A stretch of 64,000 nt of DNA from Ignavibacteriota bacterium (GCA_963701295.1 OY969585.1:1120001-1184000); one strand, 5' to 3'; shown: positions 29,910 through 39,764, counted from the stretch's first letter. Notes: a model not told the origin generated them from the sequence alone. A program made the numbers and translations.

Positions 29910-30161
29910 ACGTGGGTAATTGAAATTTTCTTCCGAGTTTGTGAACTACCTGTTTATGTTTATTGACACAATACAACGAGCTATTCATAAAGCCAATCCA
30001 AAATATTATTATCTACAATTTTAACAAATTCAGATGAATTAAGTATAACACTACGATATTCCGTTAATTTCCTAGTTCTAAGCAATTGGGCTTTAGCGTT
30101 AATTATAATCTTTAATTTGGGTTTGGGAATATATATAGCGTGTTGTGATAGTGAATACACT

Positions 30162-32651
30162 ATGAAAAATAAAATAGCATCCTTCTTCGATTATTCATTT
30201 ATAGGGATCACTTACGCCTTAATATTTGCGACAATTTATGGATTGTTCAACCTCAGCATTTTATTTTTTATTGTGTTCGTGATCTATTTGGTTAAAAATA
30301 TTTTCCTCGATGATTTTAACTCTGATATATTCCGTTATACGTGGTTTGATTTAGCGATTCTATTGGTTGCTGTTGCAGAGGGAGTAAGCTATATCGCCTC
30401 AACTTATCATGAGAACAGCTTTTACAGTGTTGCCGATATTTCTTTTTTTATTCTTTTCTATTATTGGGTAAGATTTAATCTAAAGTACGATTATCAGCGA
30501 AGAGCAATATTTTTATTTATAACGGTTCTAGGAGTATATTTATTTTTAGACGGCATGTTGACATTTCTTTCGGGTTACTCTCAAATGAAGTCGGCTGGTT
30601 TAAACGACTTTAATGAGTTCAGGCACCTCCTTTCTTTTGGCTCACCAGTTGGCACACCAACTGCAGAATGGAGTACAATTTATCTCGCATGCCTGCCGTT
30701 TTCATTAATACTATTTTTTACAAAATTCAAAAAGGATAAACGGGAATCATTGCTTTTATTGATTCCGGCAATCTTTATTTTAACAATCCCTGTGATTTCG
30801 TGTTTCAGGGGAATGTATTTTGCTATTGCATCTTTTGCACTCTTTGGAAGCGCTTTATTCCTATTGTATAAACTATCTTCCTTTAGGAAAGTTCTTCTGT
30901 TTAATTCGTTATTTTTCTTTTCGATAGGATTGGTTGTTGTCATATCACCTTTCTTCAAACCTGTATTGACAACTATTTCTATGTTTCAAACTATGTCACA
31001 AGTCCGTAGTTTTGAAGGCAGGAAAAGTCTTTGGAAAACAGGTATCGAGATGATAAAGGATCATCCACTCACAGGAATTGGCTCTAACAATTTTCCAATA
31101 AAGTATTTCTCGTATAAAGATCAAAAAGATAACACACCTTATGCAGGCAGAGTTTTTAACACATTTTTGCAGATTACGATCGAAAAAGGATTGATCGGTT
31201 TGTTTGCGTTTGACATTTTAATAATTGCATTCTTCTTTGTTTCTCACCGAAAGATTAAATTATTAACCGATAATTGGGACCAAAAGGCTACTGTCGTTTT
31301 ATTTATGAGCGCGTTTACAGCAATCATTATAAGAGATTTAAGTTATTCTTCTATATTTTATAATAGAGGGGCAGATCTGCTCATTTGGTTTATGTTTGCT
31401 GACAATGCTCAAGTGCCCAATAATAAAATTTCTTCAGATTCTAGTTGTCGCAAAAAAGCAATCTTACTCTTTCCAGTTCTTATTGGCTCAATTATATTCT
31501 TGCCAATTGCGTTGAATTCTATTCAAAAAGGGAAAGCAGAAAGTCAACTTCTTTCATTTATCGAACAATTAAATCATAAAAAATCTGTTGATGCTCAACA
31601 GAACATCGAATCTGCAATTCAGTTATGTCCAGAGAATGCCTATTATAGAGCCTGCCGAGGATTGTTATCGGATAGAATGATAAATAACAAGTTCAATGTC
31701 GAAGAGTATCTTGAAAATAAATCGTTGTTGACCAAGGCAGACAAAGAGCAGATTAAGATAGGGATTACGTCTTATAATAAAGCGTTAGAGTTAAATCCGA
31801 CTGATGATGAATTCTATCATAATCTTGGATGGTTATATATTATCAATCAAGATGAGAAGCAGGCTGAATATTGTTTACATCAATCAATTCAAATAGACAA
31901 TAATGCGGCAATTCCTCATATCAGTTTAGGGATCTTAAAAGAAAGAAATGGCGAGAAGGACAGTGCTCTAACAGAATATAGTACTGCTATTTGTAGGCTT
32001 CCGAGCATTTTGGATTCACAATTTTTTCTAGATTTGAAGAAACGAATGCCATTAGAATCAAAAGAATTGGTTATTCACAATATACAAGATTTGGAAAAGG
32101 AATTTCAAACAAGCCATGATCCCACAATTGCAGCAAAACTTGCTAAATTTTACCTTTTTCAAGGTGAAAAACAAAAAGCGATACAATTGTTTGAGTGGAC
32201 CACAAAGAAATTGCCGAGTCTTTCTCGCCCATGGCTCTATCTTGGCGATCTATATCAATCTTCTAACGAGGATGAAATGTTCCGATGTTATCAAAAAGCA
32301 GCTTTTCTTGATAAATCAGATGTTTATCCCTTGCTACGATTAGGTCAATTCTATGAACAGAAAAATCGAATCAATGATGCAATACAATATTTCAAACGGT
32401 CGATAAGAGCTTCGAATCTTCAATATGCTTTTCATTCAAGTAAAATTGCAGCCATGTATTGTTTAACTTGCAAGGATGAAAGATTGGTTATAAAAGATTA
32501 CCTTGTGCCCAAAGGATTATTAACCTATTGTGCTCCATTATTTGATATTTCATCTGTTTATGATCGTCTTTCAGGTCTCTATACCAGGCAAGGAAACAAC
32601 AAAAAAGCGGAAGAATATACGAGACTTAGTAAAGAATTGATATTTTATTGA
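30162..32651 (+). CDS. O-antigen ligase-like (Wzy_C) membrane protein with C-terminal TPR repeats
   Basis: About 13 TM; S.RG; R..LWKTGIEMIKDHPLTGIG..NF; N.FLQI.IEKGLIG; TPRs (YNKALELNP...YHNLGW). Confidence 0.85.
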   Translation: MKNKIASFFDYSFIGITYALIFATIYGLFNLSILFFIVFVIYLVKNIFLDDFNSDIFRYTWFDLAILLVAVAEGVSYIASTYHENSFYSVADISFFILFYYWVRFNLKYDYQRRAIFLFITVLGVYLFLDGMLTFLSGYSQMKSAGLNDFNEFRHLLSFGSPVGTPTAEWSTIYLACLPFSLILFFTKFKKDKRESLLLLIPAIFILTIPVISCFRGMYFAIASFALFGSALFLLYKLSSFRKVLLFNSLFFFSIGLVVVISPFFKPVLTTISMFQTMSQVRSFEGRKSLWKTGIEMIKDHPLTGIGSNNFPIKYFSYKDQKDNTPYAGRVFNTFLQITIEKGLIGLFAFDILIIAFFFVSHRKIKLLTDNWDQKATVVLFMSAFTAIIIRDLSYSSIFYNRGADLLIWFMFADNAQVPNNKISSDSSCRKKAILLFPVLIGSIIFLPIALNSIQKGKAESQLLSFIEQLNHKKSVDAQQNIESAIQLCPENAYYRACRGLLSDRMINNKFNVEEYLENKSLLTKADKEQIKIGITSYNKALELNPTDDEFYHNLGWLYIINQDEKQAEYCLHQSIQIDNNAAIPHISLGILKERNGEKDSALTEYSTAICRLPSILDSQFFLDLKKRMPLESKELVIHNIQDLEKEFQTSHDPTIAAKLAKFYLFQGEKQKAIQLFEWTTKKLPSLSRPWLYLGDLYQSSNEDEMFRCYQKAAFLDKSDVYPLLRLGQFYEQKNRINDAIQYFKRSIRASNLQYAFHSSKIAAMYCLTCKDERLVIKDYLVPKGLLTYCAPLFDISSVYDRLSGLYTRQGNNKKAEEYTRLSKELIFY

Positions 32652-32682
32652 CTAAAAGGATGATTTTTTTAGAAGAAAACAG

Positions 32683-34758
32683 ATGAAAAGCATTGTATTA
32701 ATATTAAGGATTATTACACTATCTGTTTCTCTATTAAGTTGTAATAGAACGCCAAGCTTAGTTATTCCAAATGATTTTCAAGGGATATTACCGATAAAAG
32801 AGTGGAAAGTCGTTGGTCCATTTGAATTTGATACCCTTAAACAGAATCCGCATAACACATATTACAACAAAGACTTAGAAAGATATGGCATCAGTGAGGA
32901 ACACTTTTCAGAAAGTGATTTTGAAATATTGAATGATTATAAAATCAAAACTTTTAGTATCCAGACCTATAACTCCCCTGTAAACCTATTTGATCATGTT
33001 GACAAAAATCAGATAAATAATAAAAGTAATTTTTATCTATATACTTCTGTCTACAGTGAAGGTGAGGAAGAAGTTGTTTTCATTTTCGATGGCAGTTGTA
33101 ACTATAAAGTGTGGATAAATCAAAGACAGGTTTTGGAAGTTCTTAACAAAAAAAATACTCATAAAATTGGAGACCGTTTTATAAAAGTTAAACTGCAAAA
33201 AGGTAATAACTTTGTTTTCGCTAAAGTCAATAGAGGTAGCAATCAATTAGCGTGGGGGATATTAATGGTCGGTGCATCGTTAAAGGCTGCACAAAAAATA
33301 TATAAAGAAAATTATCTATCAGACTTTATAAGTGATCCCCTCATTTCAGATTCAATAAGCCTCTATTTAGGCCCGTATTCCAATGCCCGGATAAAGATCG
33401 TAGATAGTGATAATAATGTTAAGTTAAATGATAGTTGTTTCAATAAATATCAAAAAATCTTTTTTATTAAATGCGGCGGAATTCATGACGGACTTTACAG
33501 CAGTAAATTATTTCTTGAGGATGATTCTCTTGAAGAATTTATATATAGAGGTAATATATTCAAATTTATACAAGAATTGAAATTAAAGTCTCAACAATTA
33601 AAATGCGATAATTGTACAATGAATGATGTTAACGCTGCAATTGAGAGGCTAGATTTTTTGATAAATAAACTTGATGAAAGTTCCGAATCAGAAGTTAGAT
33701 ATTATCATAGCAACTTGATATACTATTCAATAAATTTGCATAATTTAATAGGTTATGTTAGAAAGAATAAGCATGATAGATTATATTGTGGTACTTCTCT
33801 AAAAACTTATTTTTCTGAGAAAGATAATGCTGTTTATCATTTTATGTTACACGTTAGTAAATGTTTAATAAATACGCCATCCCTGCCATTAATACTTTTT
33901 GTCCCATATTCACTTGTCGATGAAACTATGCCGAGGAGTTGGTATATAGGCACTTTAGATCAAATTGAGATGGACAGTAAGATGGCTGACGACTACGGTT
34001 TTGCGGTAGCTTGGTTATTTATGAGAGGAACCAAATATACTCCAATTAATGCAGTTGAAGAGGCTAAAAATGTAATTAAAAGAATTAAAAGGGATTATAA
34101 TTTAGATACAACAAAAATATATTTGATCGGAGAATGTGTAGGAGGCAAGAGAGCTTTGTTATTGGCAGAGAAATGTCCGGACCTTTTTTCTGGTATAGCA
34201 GTCAAAGAACCTGTAACAATGGGTGGAGACGAAATAGAAAAACCAATATATTTTGTGCAGAATCTATACAACATACCTACTTGCATATTCCATGGTATAT
34301 ACGATAATGAAGTTCCTATTGAGTGGTCAAGAAAGTTTGCATCCGATGCACAAAAAGTTGGTAAATTTATGAAAGTTGTAGAAACAGAAACAGGACATTT
34401 AAAGCTTTCGAGGGACGAAAGAAGAAATTCCTTCCTTTTTTTAGATAGTTTAAAGACCCATCATCAGGCAAAAAGAATCGATACTATTAAATATTGTACC
34501 TGCGATGTGGGATCCAGTTCTTTATACTGGATTGAAATTTGCAAAATAAAACCTCTTGAAAAGGCAGAAATCACAGCAACATATGATTCTTCAAGTCAAA
34601 ATATCCACGTTGACTGTAAAAATATATTGGAATTTAACGTGCTAACTAATTTGCTTGATTTAACAAAGGGGACTGATTTAACAATTTATGCAAATAATAT
34701 AATTTCCTATCGAGGAACGGTAAATAGAAACAAAGTAAATATTCTTTTAAAAGAGTGA
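32683..34758 (+). CDS. Putative lipoprotein with C-terminal alpha/beta-hydrolase (peptidase/esterase-like) domain
   Basis: LLSC lipobox; W..VGPF, KVWIN, VKL.KG.N beta-sandwich; D..KIYLIGECVGG, FHG.YD..VP, TGH. Confidence 0.75.
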   Translation: MKSIVLILRIITLSVSLLSCNRTPSLVIPNDFQGILPIKEWKVVGPFEFDTLKQNPHNTYYNKDLERYGISEEHFSESDFEILNDYKIKTFSIQTYNSPVNLFDHVDKNQINNKSNFYLYTSVYSEGEEEVVFIFDGSCNYKVWINQRQVLEVLNKKNTHKIGDRFIKVKLQKGNNFVFAKVNRGSNQLAWGILMVGASLKAAQKIYKENYLSDFISDPLISDSISLYLGPYSNARIKIVDSDNNVKLNDSCFNKYQKIFFIKCGGIHDGLYSSKLFLEDDSLEEFIYRGNIFKFIQELKLKSQQLKCDNCTMNDVNAAIERLDFLINKLDESSESEVRYYHSNLIYYSINLHNLIGYVRKNKHDRLYCGTSLKTYFSEKDNAVYHFMLHVSKCLINTPSLPLILFVPYSLVDETMPRSWYIGTLDQIEMDSKMADDYGFAVAWLFMRGTKYTPINAVEEAKNVIKRIKRDYNLDTTKIYLIGECVGGKRALLLAEKCPDLFSGIAVKEPVTMGGDEIEKPIYFVQNLYNIPTCIFHGIYDNEVPIEWSRKFASDAQKVGKFMKVVETETGHLKLSRDERRNSFLFLDSLKTHHQAKRIDTIKYCTCDVGSSSLYWIEICKIKPLEKAEITATYDSSSQNIHVDCKNILEFNVLTNLLDLTKGTDLTIYANNIISYRGTVNRNKVNILLKE

Positions 34759-34760
34759 GA

Positions 34761-34809
34761 AGATTCCCGAAGTTTTCCTATCGGTTCTCGTGAGAAACTT
34801 CGGGAATCT
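34761..34809. repeat. Perfect 15-bp inverted repeat (REP-like or terminator) ending the peptide cluster
   Basis: AGATTCCCGAAGTTT ... AAACTTCGGGAATCT. Confidence 0.7.
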
Positions 34810-34971
34810 AACTAACCTGCCTTGCGTTTGATTGATCTCTCACGTACTTTGATTGCAGTTGTTTCACTCGTGGGGCAATTAGTGATACGATGAGGCGCCG
34901 TGGGGATTCCAATTCGAAGAGAAATTTTAAAGAGAAAAGATATTTTGCAGGGCAAATGAAATTTGTTGGGC
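34806..34971 (+). other. Degenerate attC-like (or attI-like) site at the start of the array
   Basis: ATCTAAC/AACTAAC ... GTTGGGC; GTTGGGCTGCGATT matches 11/14 the reverse complement of the end of cassette 1 (AATTGCACCCTAAC). Confidence 0.4.
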
Positions 34972-35010
34972 TGCGATTACTGGTGACAATTCAACAAAGA
35001 TAAATATTTT

Positions 35011-36297
35011 ATGAAAATTAAACTTAGGAATTTAGTCCTGATAGCTTCCATTATTACCAGTACGAACCTCTCATTTGCTCAATGGGTGCAGACCAATGTT
35101 CCTCTTGGCGGAGCAGTTAATGGCATTGCAGTCAACGGCAAAAATATTTTTGTATGCACGGATTTTGGGATCTTTCTTTCGACTGACGATGGAACAAGTT
35201 GGAGTGCCACAAGTCAAGCAAATCTTGGGGCAAATGCAATCGTTGCCGAAGGAGAAAAATTATTCGTTGTGAGAAATGGGGTCAGTCTTTCAACTGACGG
35301 TGGTATTTCCTGGAATGCCGTAAACAATGGATTGCCTTCATATAGCGTCGTTTTCAAAATTGCTATCAGCGGTACAACTCTATTTGCAATGGTTTATGGT
35401 TCAATGATGATGATGGGCGGGTGGGGTATCTTTCGTTCAACTGACGATGGTGCACACTGGACCGCAGTGGGTTTAGGATATCTTAGTGTCTATACTATTG
35501 CAGCTTATTCTAACTCTGCAGGAGATACCGATATTTTTGCTGGGACAGACGGCGGACTGAACAATGGTTATCTCACACCAGGCGTGTTCCTTTCGACCGA
35601 TGATGGTATTTCGTGGGATTCGCTCGGGTTGGTAAATGTGAATGTTCGCGCTATTGCCGCCGTTCATAATGGATCGGGTGATTCAAGTATCTTTGCCGGA
35701 ACGACGAATGGAATTTTTCGTTCGACCAACGGAGGCTTAAGCTGGGACACCGTAAACACAGGAATACCAGACACAATCGTACGTGCTCTTGCCGTCAGCC
35801 CTAATGGGACAGGCGGCAACAATCTATTTGCCGGGACTGATAGCGGCGTCTTTCTTTCTACCAACAACGGCGATAAATGGACATCAGTTAATACTGGTTT
35901 CACAAACACAACTTGTGTGATGGTTTTTTCCGTCTCCGGCACGTATCTTTTTGCTGGGACTAATAACGGTGTCTGGAGACGACCGTTGTCGGAAATGATC
36001 ACAGAAGTAGAAAGGCTCTCGGCCGTTTTGCCGATGCATTTTAGTCTTGACCAGAATTATCCGAATCCATTTAATCCGGCAACGATTATTTCCTTTAGTC
36101 TTCCATCAAAATCTTTTGTTTCGTTGAAGGTATTTGATATTATAGGGAAAGAGGTAGCAACTATTGTATCGGAAGAAATGTCGGCAGGCAACCACTCGCG
36201 GCAATGGAATGCAGCAAATATATCAAGTGGAATTTATTTTTGTCAGATGCAAGCGGGTTCGTTTGTCGAAACAAAGAAACTCGTTTTGCTCAAATAG
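35011..36297 (+). CDS. Cassette 1: BNR/Asp-box beta-propeller protein with T9SS-type C-terminal domain
   Basis: Repeated G.F.STD.G.SW motifs; LDQNYPNPFNP...SGIYF...KKLVLLK. Confidence 0.9.
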   Translation: MKIKLRNLVLIASIITSTNLSFAQWVQTNVPLGGAVNGIAVNGKNIFVCTDFGIFLSTDDGTSWSATSQANLGANAIVAEGEKLFVVRNGVSLSTDGGISWNAVNNGLPSYSVVFKIAISGTTLFAMVYGSMMMMGGWGIFRSTDDGAHWTAVGLGYLSVYTIAAYSNSAGDTDIFAGTDGGLNNGYLTPGVFLSTDDGISWDSLGLVNVNVRAIAAVHNGSGDSSIFAGTTNGIFRSTNGGLSWDTVNTGIPDTIVRALAVSPNGTGGNNLFAGTDSGVFLSTNNGDKWTSVNTGFTNTTCVMVFSVSGTYLFAGTNNGVWRRPLSEMITEVERLSAVLPMHFSLDQNYPNPFNPATIISFSLPSKSFVSLKVFDIIGKEVATIVSEEMSAGNHSRQWNAANISSGIYFCQMQAGSFVETKKLVLLK

Positions 36298-36307
36298 AGC
36301 AATTGCA

Positions 36308-36489
36308 CCCTAACCAGGCGCTCCCGCCCAACAAGACGGCGGGCAAGCAAGCTAACGGTTGCCAGTTGGGTACGTAAATCATGGCGAGCATAGGTTTAGT
36401 GCAAAATTGAAAGTTATCAGCGTGAACTTGTTTCGTTTAGTACAATTTGAAAGTTTTCATTGCCGCAGCTTAGCCGCCATCCGTTAGGT
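36308..36489 (+). other. attC1 (182 bp) with 25-bp hairpin insert at 36324-36348
   Basis: CCCTAAC-CAGGCGCTC[insert]AAGCTAAC ... GCAGCTTAG-CCGCCATCC-GTTAGGT. Confidence 0.85.
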
Positions 36490-36540
36490 GGCATTGTGAC
36501 GGGCAGCGGTGCTGGATTCAATCAAAGGATACAATACATA

Positions 36541-37212
36541 ATGAATTCTAAACTACTAAGTATTACTCGTATCGTTAGTTTCATCATGACAATATATATT
36601 TGGCGGGTGGTGCAATTCGCAGAGTTTTCTCAACTCGCAGAGTACACTCTGACCATCGGACCAATTTTGTTTGTTTTTCCAGTTGTCTGGATCGGACGGA
36701 AGGCGGTCAACCTCAAACCGACTTTTGAGCGTGTTGCCTGGATTACGAGCTTTGTTCATATCGTCTTAATGGTTTTCTTTGGTGTATCGATCATCGAAGC
36801 CATCAGACTGTTTCAAATCTCGCGTGGCATCACAATACCATTACCTGTCGAAATTGGAACGGTACTCCTTTATCTTACCGGTGCGTGTTTGTCATTGACC
36901 GTGGTAAATCTCGCATTAAGCGGACTCGGAGCACCATTTGCTATTGCATTGAGCAAGCGTCTTGCAAATCGCTGGATGTATCGTTGGACGAGAAATCCGA
37001 TGGTTTTATGCTGTCTCGCCATGCTTCTATCGGCTGGCATTTATTTACAGTCTCTTTATTTTGTTTTGTGGGTTGTTTTACTTGTAACACCGGCGTGGAT
37101 TTACTTTTTGAAAGTGTATGAAGAGCGCGAGCTTGAAATCCGTTTCGGTGCATCATACTTGGATTACAAAACTAATACTTCTTTTCTCTGGCCAAGAATA
37201 CCGAGGAATTGA
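36541..37212 (+). CDS. Cassette 2: PEMT/ICMT-like membrane methyltransferase family protein
   Basis: G.GAP, MYRWTRNPM, EEREL..RFG.SY..YK..T. Confidence 0.8.
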   Translation: MNSKLLSITRIVSFIMTIYIWRVVQFAEFSQLAEYTLTIGPILFVFPVVWIGRKAVNLKPTFERVAWITSFVHIVLMVFFGVSIIEAIRLFQISRGITIPLPVEIGTVLLYLTGACLSLTVVNLALSGLGAPFAIALSKRLANRWMYRWTRNPMVLCCLAMLLSAGIYLQSLYFVLWVVLLVTPAWIYFLKVYEERELEIRFGASYLDYKTNTSFLWPRIPRN

Positions 37213-37234
37213 AATATAATTGTATAACAATGCC

Positions 37235-37454
37235 GCTTAACCAGGCGCTCCCGCCCAACAAGACGGCGGGCAAGCAAGCTGACGGAATGAGCTCATTGCA
37301 ATTAGCATGGCTGGTGGTGGGTTTAAGTTATTATAATTAACTTTTTTGTACCTCGTTGGTTGAGACAAATAAATATGGTTATCAGCATGAACTCGTTTCG
37401 TTTTGTGGTTAATTAAACTTGGTCACGCGGCAGCTTAGCCGCCATCCGTTAGGC
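37235..37454 (+). other. attC2 (220 bp) with the identical 25-bp insert at 37251-37275
   Basis: GCTTAAC-CAGGCGCTC[insert]AAGCTGAC ... GCAGCTTAG-CCGCCATCC-GTTAGGC. Confidence 0.85.
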
Positions 37455-37501
37455 GGCTTCCATAAACTATGGCAGTCAATTAATGAAAAGGGGATCAGAT
37501 A

Positions 37502-39562
37502 ATGAAATTCTTGCTAAGATATTTTGAGAAATTCATATTGTATTTGCAAACCGCCTTTGGGGTGAAACATATTCACACAGTAATCATCCTTTTTCTATTG
37601 TTGATTAACCTAGTGCTGATAGTGGTGGTTTTCCTTCTTTCGAATTCACTCGCCTCTATCTTAACGAATATGGCACTAAATTTCCTACAATTCTTCTTTG
37701 TTGTAGTCCTTTTAGGTGTCATCTTGGGGATCACATCTAATTACTTGTACGACAAAGCTATAGCCGCACTAAATAATCCTATCGGAAGAGCTATAAGCGA
37801 AAGCAGATTGATTAATTACTTCCTACCTGACAAAGAAAGTGAGAAGGAGAGAAGAACAAATTTAACAGTTGAGCGTTTGCCCAGCATGAAAGGCGAAGTT
37901 TGCATATTCGCCATTGCAGCAACAAGCTACCTTCCCAAGAAAGATGATGCAACACGTTTCTCCCAATTATTCATCAGCAAGTTAATTAACAAAGAAATTA
38001 ATTTGCGACTATTATTACTCAATCCCTACAGCCAAGCTTCGAAGTTTAGATATGCGCGAGAAGAAGGTATTGATGTGGATGTTATTTGTGAAAGAGAGAG
38101 GAACGAAATGAGATTTGAGAGATCGGCGCTCTATGGTGACATTGTGAACACTATGGATAAAGTCAAAGAGCTAAGAACTAAAGGGGCCAACATAGAATGC
38201 AGACTTACCAACTTCGAGCCTGCAATATCAATGATGTACACCAGTGACTTTGTTTATATTGATATACTTTCCTTGGGAAGGTTAGATGAAACGACTAAGT
38301 TCACAAAGCAACGAACTACTTTGCCAATCACCGAATTCTCCTCAGATTCTGCGTATTATCAAGTCGCCAAAAGCCATTTTGAATACCATTGGAAATATGG
38401 AATCACACCAGATGAATTTGGTTACTATAAACCCGCTTTACAAGAAAGCTTCTTTGGTTTCTCCTATACGGGCTATAGGTTGATCAAACAGCACGATTCT
38501 TGGATTTCTATTGATCCAGTAGTTGGATGCAACGCGGGTTGTAAATACTGTGTTCTTCAAACAACATTTCGGAATGATATTAAACCGAAAGTCTACGCAA
38601 GTCCGGAGACCATTGGTGATCACCTTCGAGAAAGCAAATTCTATCATGAAGACGAAGTCCTTTGCCTATTCAATTACACTGATGCTCTACTAACCGAAAA
38701 CAAAGAGCGTTTGATAAGTTGTCTTGAGACCCTTAAGGAAAAGCAATTTCGAAATTGGGTATGCATTCCCACAAAACACCCATTTGATGTGAAATTCGCT
38801 CACAAAATAATAGACTCGTATCATCATAACAAGTTGATCTTTCTCATTTCCCTTTCGGGCATGCCAGAAGGATATGAGCCGAGTATTAAATCAGCAGAGA
38901 TTGTTGCCACTATGAAAATGTTGAAAGAACTTAAGATACCACTCATTCACTATTGGAGGCCTGTTACCAAATTAAATTCCAGTGATCAGCATATTGAAAG
39001 TATTTTGGACAAAGTCGATGAGTACGCAAATTGTTCTGTGATTGTTGGCTTAAAGGCTAGCGATGCTCTCAATGACTACTATGTAAATGAGGGGCTTATA
39101 AGTAAGAGTGAATTAAAGGTTCATGGAGATTATTTACCAGAAGGATTCATGAAGAAGGTCAAAAATATTCTGAATCAGAAAGGCAAGGTATATCCTATCT
39201 ATCTTCACGCATCCTGTGCCGTAAGCAAGATAACAAGTCAGCCTGACTATAATGGAACTATGCTCAGAAACGATGTGTGTTCATTGTCTGCTACAGGAGC
39301 CTCATTATGTATTTCAGACCAAGAATCGATATGCCAGAACTTCTTAAAACGCACACAGCAAGAATTTGACAAGACCAAATTCTATGAGATTATTAGAGAG
39401 ATTCTTCCCAGAATGGATATGAAGATTGATGGCAATACGATCGAACTATTGGATCCTGTTTATCAAGAAGATCTTATTTATCTCGTACATCGACTCAGGC
39501 AACCAGTAGTGGCGAAACAGATATTGTACACCAATCAGTATGTTGGTTCAATACTTGCCTAG
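37502..39562 (+). CDS. Cassette 3: TM + DUF5919-like + radical SAM fusion protein
   Basis: 2 TM; LRLLLLNPYS...R..E, ECRL..FEP, HFE.HW (DUF5919/PLD-like pattern); DPVVGCNAGCKYC (CxxxCxxC); YEP, IHYWRPV. Confidence 0.75.
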   Translation: MKFLLRYFEKFILYLQTAFGVKHIHTVIILFLLLINLVLIVVVFLLSNSLASILTNMALNFLQFFFVVVLLGVILGITSNYLYDKAIAALNNPIGRAISESRLINYFLPDKESEKERRTNLTVERLPSMKGEVCIFAIAATSYLPKKDDATRFSQLFISKLINKEINLRLLLLNPYSQASKFRYAREEGIDVDVICERERNEMRFERSALYGDIVNTMDKVKELRTKGANIECRLTNFEPAISMMYTSDFVYIDILSLGRLDETTKFTKQRTTLPITEFSSDSAYYQVAKSHFEYHWKYGITPDEFGYYKPALQESFFGFSYTGYRLIKQHDSWISIDPVVGCNAGCKYCVLQTTFRNDIKPKVYASPETIGDHLRESKFYHEDEVLCLFNYTDALLTENKERLISCLETLKEKQFRNWVCIPTKHPFDVKFAHKIIDSYHHNKLIFLISLSGMPEGYEPSIKSAEIVATMKMLKELKIPLIHYWRPVTKLNSSDQHIESILDKVDEYANCSVIVGLKASDALNDYYVNEGLISKSELKVHGDYLPEGFMKKVKNILNQKGKVYPIYLHASCAVSKITSQPDYNGTMLRNDVCSLSATGASLCISDQESICQNFLKRTQQEFDKTKFYEIIREILPRMDMKIDGNTIELLDPVYQEDLIYLVHRLRQPVVAKQILYTNQYVGSILA

Positions 39563-39604
39563 CGAATTGATGGAAAGACAAACTATGTGAATAAGCAAGT
39601 AACC

Positions 39605-39764
39605 ACCTAACAAATCGTTCAAGCTGACCGTATGAGCGTTAGTACCGATAAGCATGGCTTGCATAGGTTTTGGTTCTTAATAATAAACTTATCAGCATGA
39701 ACTTGTTTCGTTTTGTATATTTTGAAAGTTATCAACGTGGCAACTTAGTTGCCATCCGTTAGGC
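39605..39764 (+). other. attC3 (160 bp)
   Basis: ACCTAAC-AAATCGTTCAAGCTGAC ... GCAACTTAG-TTGCCATCC-GTTAGGC. Confidence 0.88.

Noticed and set aside
37502-39562. Radical SAM as a sactipeptide maturase for the 48-aa peptide
   Set aside because: It is 10 kb away inside its own cassette and looks SPL-like, without a recognisable RRE or SPASM domain.
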